Of a DNA stretch of 35,254 nt, positions 34,921 through 35,254 are shown one piece after another. The first letter of the stretch is position 1. Every line of letters starts with the position of its first letter. Made by a program: the position numbers and the translations under genes. Under the pieces are notes generated by a model, which saw only the letters and a list, made by a program, of their open reading frames with translations, searched no databases and was not told where the DNA came from. Origin of the DNA: Nemertoderma westbladi (taxonomy: Eukaryota; Animalia; Xenacoelomorpha); contig JAUCBJ010003788.1 of NCBI GenBank assembly GCA_032718475.1, positions 1-35,254 of the forward strand. Reading direction: 5' to 3'.

Positions 34921-35254
34921 CCGAAAAATACAAGTAGCAATGATCTGGCATATTTGAAATGTATTCCATTAGAATCAGTGCCCTAGAAAACCTGAAAATG
35001 TGAATTTATAGCATCATATAAGTGAATTAAAAATTTTGTGTTCTAACTGAAAAGTGCTGGTTACTTGTTTTTTTCATTTTTTTTCCTACGCATAGAGGAC
35101 TAAACAGCCATTTATGGTAATCATATCATTTTCAAATATTTTCCAATGTATTTTGCGCCCCAGAAAACCTATTTTGAAAAACAATTAGCCGAAAAATGTA
35201 ACTTTCAAATTTTGTGAAAATTGTGCACTACTTGTAATTTTGGTGCTGCAATAT

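Overview
AT-rich, repeat-dense eukaryotic DNA, most likely an invertebrate animal (inferred from the BEL/Pao element, RTE-like LINE and Tc1/mariner MITE content). It is not prokaryotic, so the GTG/TTG starts in the ORF track are unreliable. From left to right: a ~4.5-kb 33-bp minisatellite running straight into an MFS transporter ORF (oxalate:formate antiporter-like); nested non-autonomous DNA elements; 63-bp and ~68-bp tandem arrays; and an intronless SLC18B1-like MFS pseudogene with two frameshifts. Next is a 12.4-kb BEL/Pao-type LTR element (13081-25459), followed by a rearranged region of LINE RT fragment, long direct and inverted repeats, and a ~163-bp satellite. The LTR element is the most unusual object. 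It keeps gag (DUF1759-like core, three zinc knuckles) and protease, but RT, most of RNase H and integrase are removed by deletions that keep the frame open. It has a ~2.2-kb leader and a ~1.6-kb 3' spacer with duplicated stem-loop modules. In the env position it has a reconstructable ~420-aa accessory ORF with CCHC zinc knuckles and a basic tail. All homology calls are from motif recognition by eye; no searches were run.
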